DNA of 64,000 bases from Azolla caroliniana (Eukaryota; Plantae; Polypodiophyta), in NCBI GenBank assembly GCA_043228905.1, contig JBHGNT010000002.1, forward strand, positions 21,328,001 to 21,392,000. The letters run 5' to 3'. Below, piece after piece: positions 62,635 to 64,000 of the stretch. The number at the start of each line of letters is the position of its first letter. Position 1 is the stretch's first letter. The position numbers were made by a program, and so were the translations under genes. The notes under the pieces were generated by a model. That model made no database searches. It was not told the origin of the DNA and saw nothing but the letters and a program-made list of their open reading frames with translations.

Positions 62635-64000
62635 TGTAAAGAAATGGAGAGTGTAGATGATCTTGTGCAACGAAAGAAACTATCTTTGAGTGTGAGACAA
62701 ATAGAGAGAGGGAGAGACAGATAGAGAACAAGAAGCTATATTAGAATATATGAATTATACATCCAACAGTAACTTCGTTACAAAAGGGTACCTTGGTTTA
62801 AATACCAACTAACTTAGGGCAACTGTCATTTCTATTATTTACAAAACTAGCCTAACCTAGAGTGCCCATTGCTAGTGTGGAACCCGTTGCATTGAGGAAG
62901 TTAGGTTTGACTCTCAACATGCCCCTTCAAACACAACTTCTAGTCACCAAAAAGTTGCCTTGTTGTTTGGCTCATTTCGGTTTTTTGAATTTCTCGGTTC
63001 TATGTCTGGATGGTCGGTCAGATCGGCTTCAACTATTCTCCTTCGACCGACTGCTTTGTGCTCCTTGTTCGACTAACCTGTCTGTTCGTCTACTTAGTTC
63101 AACTTCGTGCTACTACTTCAACTACTCCTTTGGTTGGCTTCGATTGACTGATCAACTGTTGCATTGTATTTGTTGGTTGTTATACTCTCCCTCCAGCTCA
63201 ACAATGCGGCAATTGTTAGGCCAAGGTTCGTCATGAATTGCCTGAGCTTGTCGACTCCTAAGGCTTTTGTGAAGATGTCGGCTACCTGGAGGTTCGTGCC
63301 GATGTGTTGCAAGTCGACATCTCTAGCTTGAACGTGCTCTCGAATGAAGTGGTAGTGCACTTGATATGCTTCGTGCATGACACATGGAAGAGCCAGATGG
63401 ATACTGCTCATGTTGTCACAGTAAAGGAGAATCGGATCCTTGATGGGAACGCTCAGATCCTTCCATTTTCTTTTCAGCCAAATGGCTTCACATGTTGCAA
63501 CAACCACGCCCCTATATATTGGCTTCTGTGCTCGACAGTGTGATTGTCGGCTACTTTTTATTGCTCCAAGAGATAGCCCAACGGAGGAATCTTGAAGTCA
63601 ATTGTCTATCAGCCTTGTAGCTAGCCCAGTCTGCATATGTGTACCTTTTGAGTCGAACAATCGTGTTTGACTTATACAAGATGTCGTAATCCATCGTCCC
63701 ACCAACATACTTAAGTACTCTCTTAGCGCAATCCAGATGAATATTCTGAGGTTTTTGCATGAATAGCTGCGGTCGGGTCGTGTGATGGTAAGATAGATTA
63801 AGCTACCGATTAGCTAACGATATTGAGTCAGAATCAAGCTTGAGGTTTCGATTGAGAGGGGTTGACACAAGTTTGCATTCAATCATCCTGAACTTGTAGA
63901 GCAAGTTGAGGATGTAGTGCCTTTGAGAGATCATTATCCCAACTGGTGTCCGAATTACTTCTATACCCAAGGAAGCAATGAAGCTCCTTCATGTCCTTCA
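62635..64000 (-). mobile_element. Ty1/copia 3' part (RT end, RNase H, PPT, 3' LTR 62635-62919), decayed
   Basis: AKRVLKY, YADWA, CEAIWL, YCDN, ADIFTKAL. PPT ttgaaggggca at 62920-62930. The minus-strand LTR starts TGTTGAG at 62919. Confidence 0.85.

Overview
Eukaryotic, repeat-rich genomic DNA from a land plant. A non-seed plant is likely (inference from the Tcn1/Tf1-like chromoviruses with a classical chromodomain). About two thirds of the window is nested, mostly decayed Ty1/copia and Ty3/gypsy LTR retrotransposons, plus L1- and RTE-like LINE remnants, four hAT-type MITEs with 8-bp TSDs, and tandem repeats. The only host genes are two tandem paralogues (13353-18868 and 47603-55670, + strand). 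Each has five exons and encodes an intact glutamate-receptor-like (GLR/iGluR) channel subunit of 438 or 439 aa. Both lack the whole amino-terminal domain (ATD): a signal peptide is joined directly to the S1 ligand-binding segment. S1, M1, a 32-nt pore-loop microexon missed by the ORF track, M3 (SYTASL), S2 and M4 are retained at canonical plant GLR intron positions. This ATD-less 'mini-GLR' pair is the top candidate for an undescribed system. Secondary highlights are a young chromovirus with a tRNA-independent self-priming signature and a -1 frameshift stem-loop/pseudoknot, and a duplication boundary fused directly to copia RT sequence. All coordinates and counts were read by eye.
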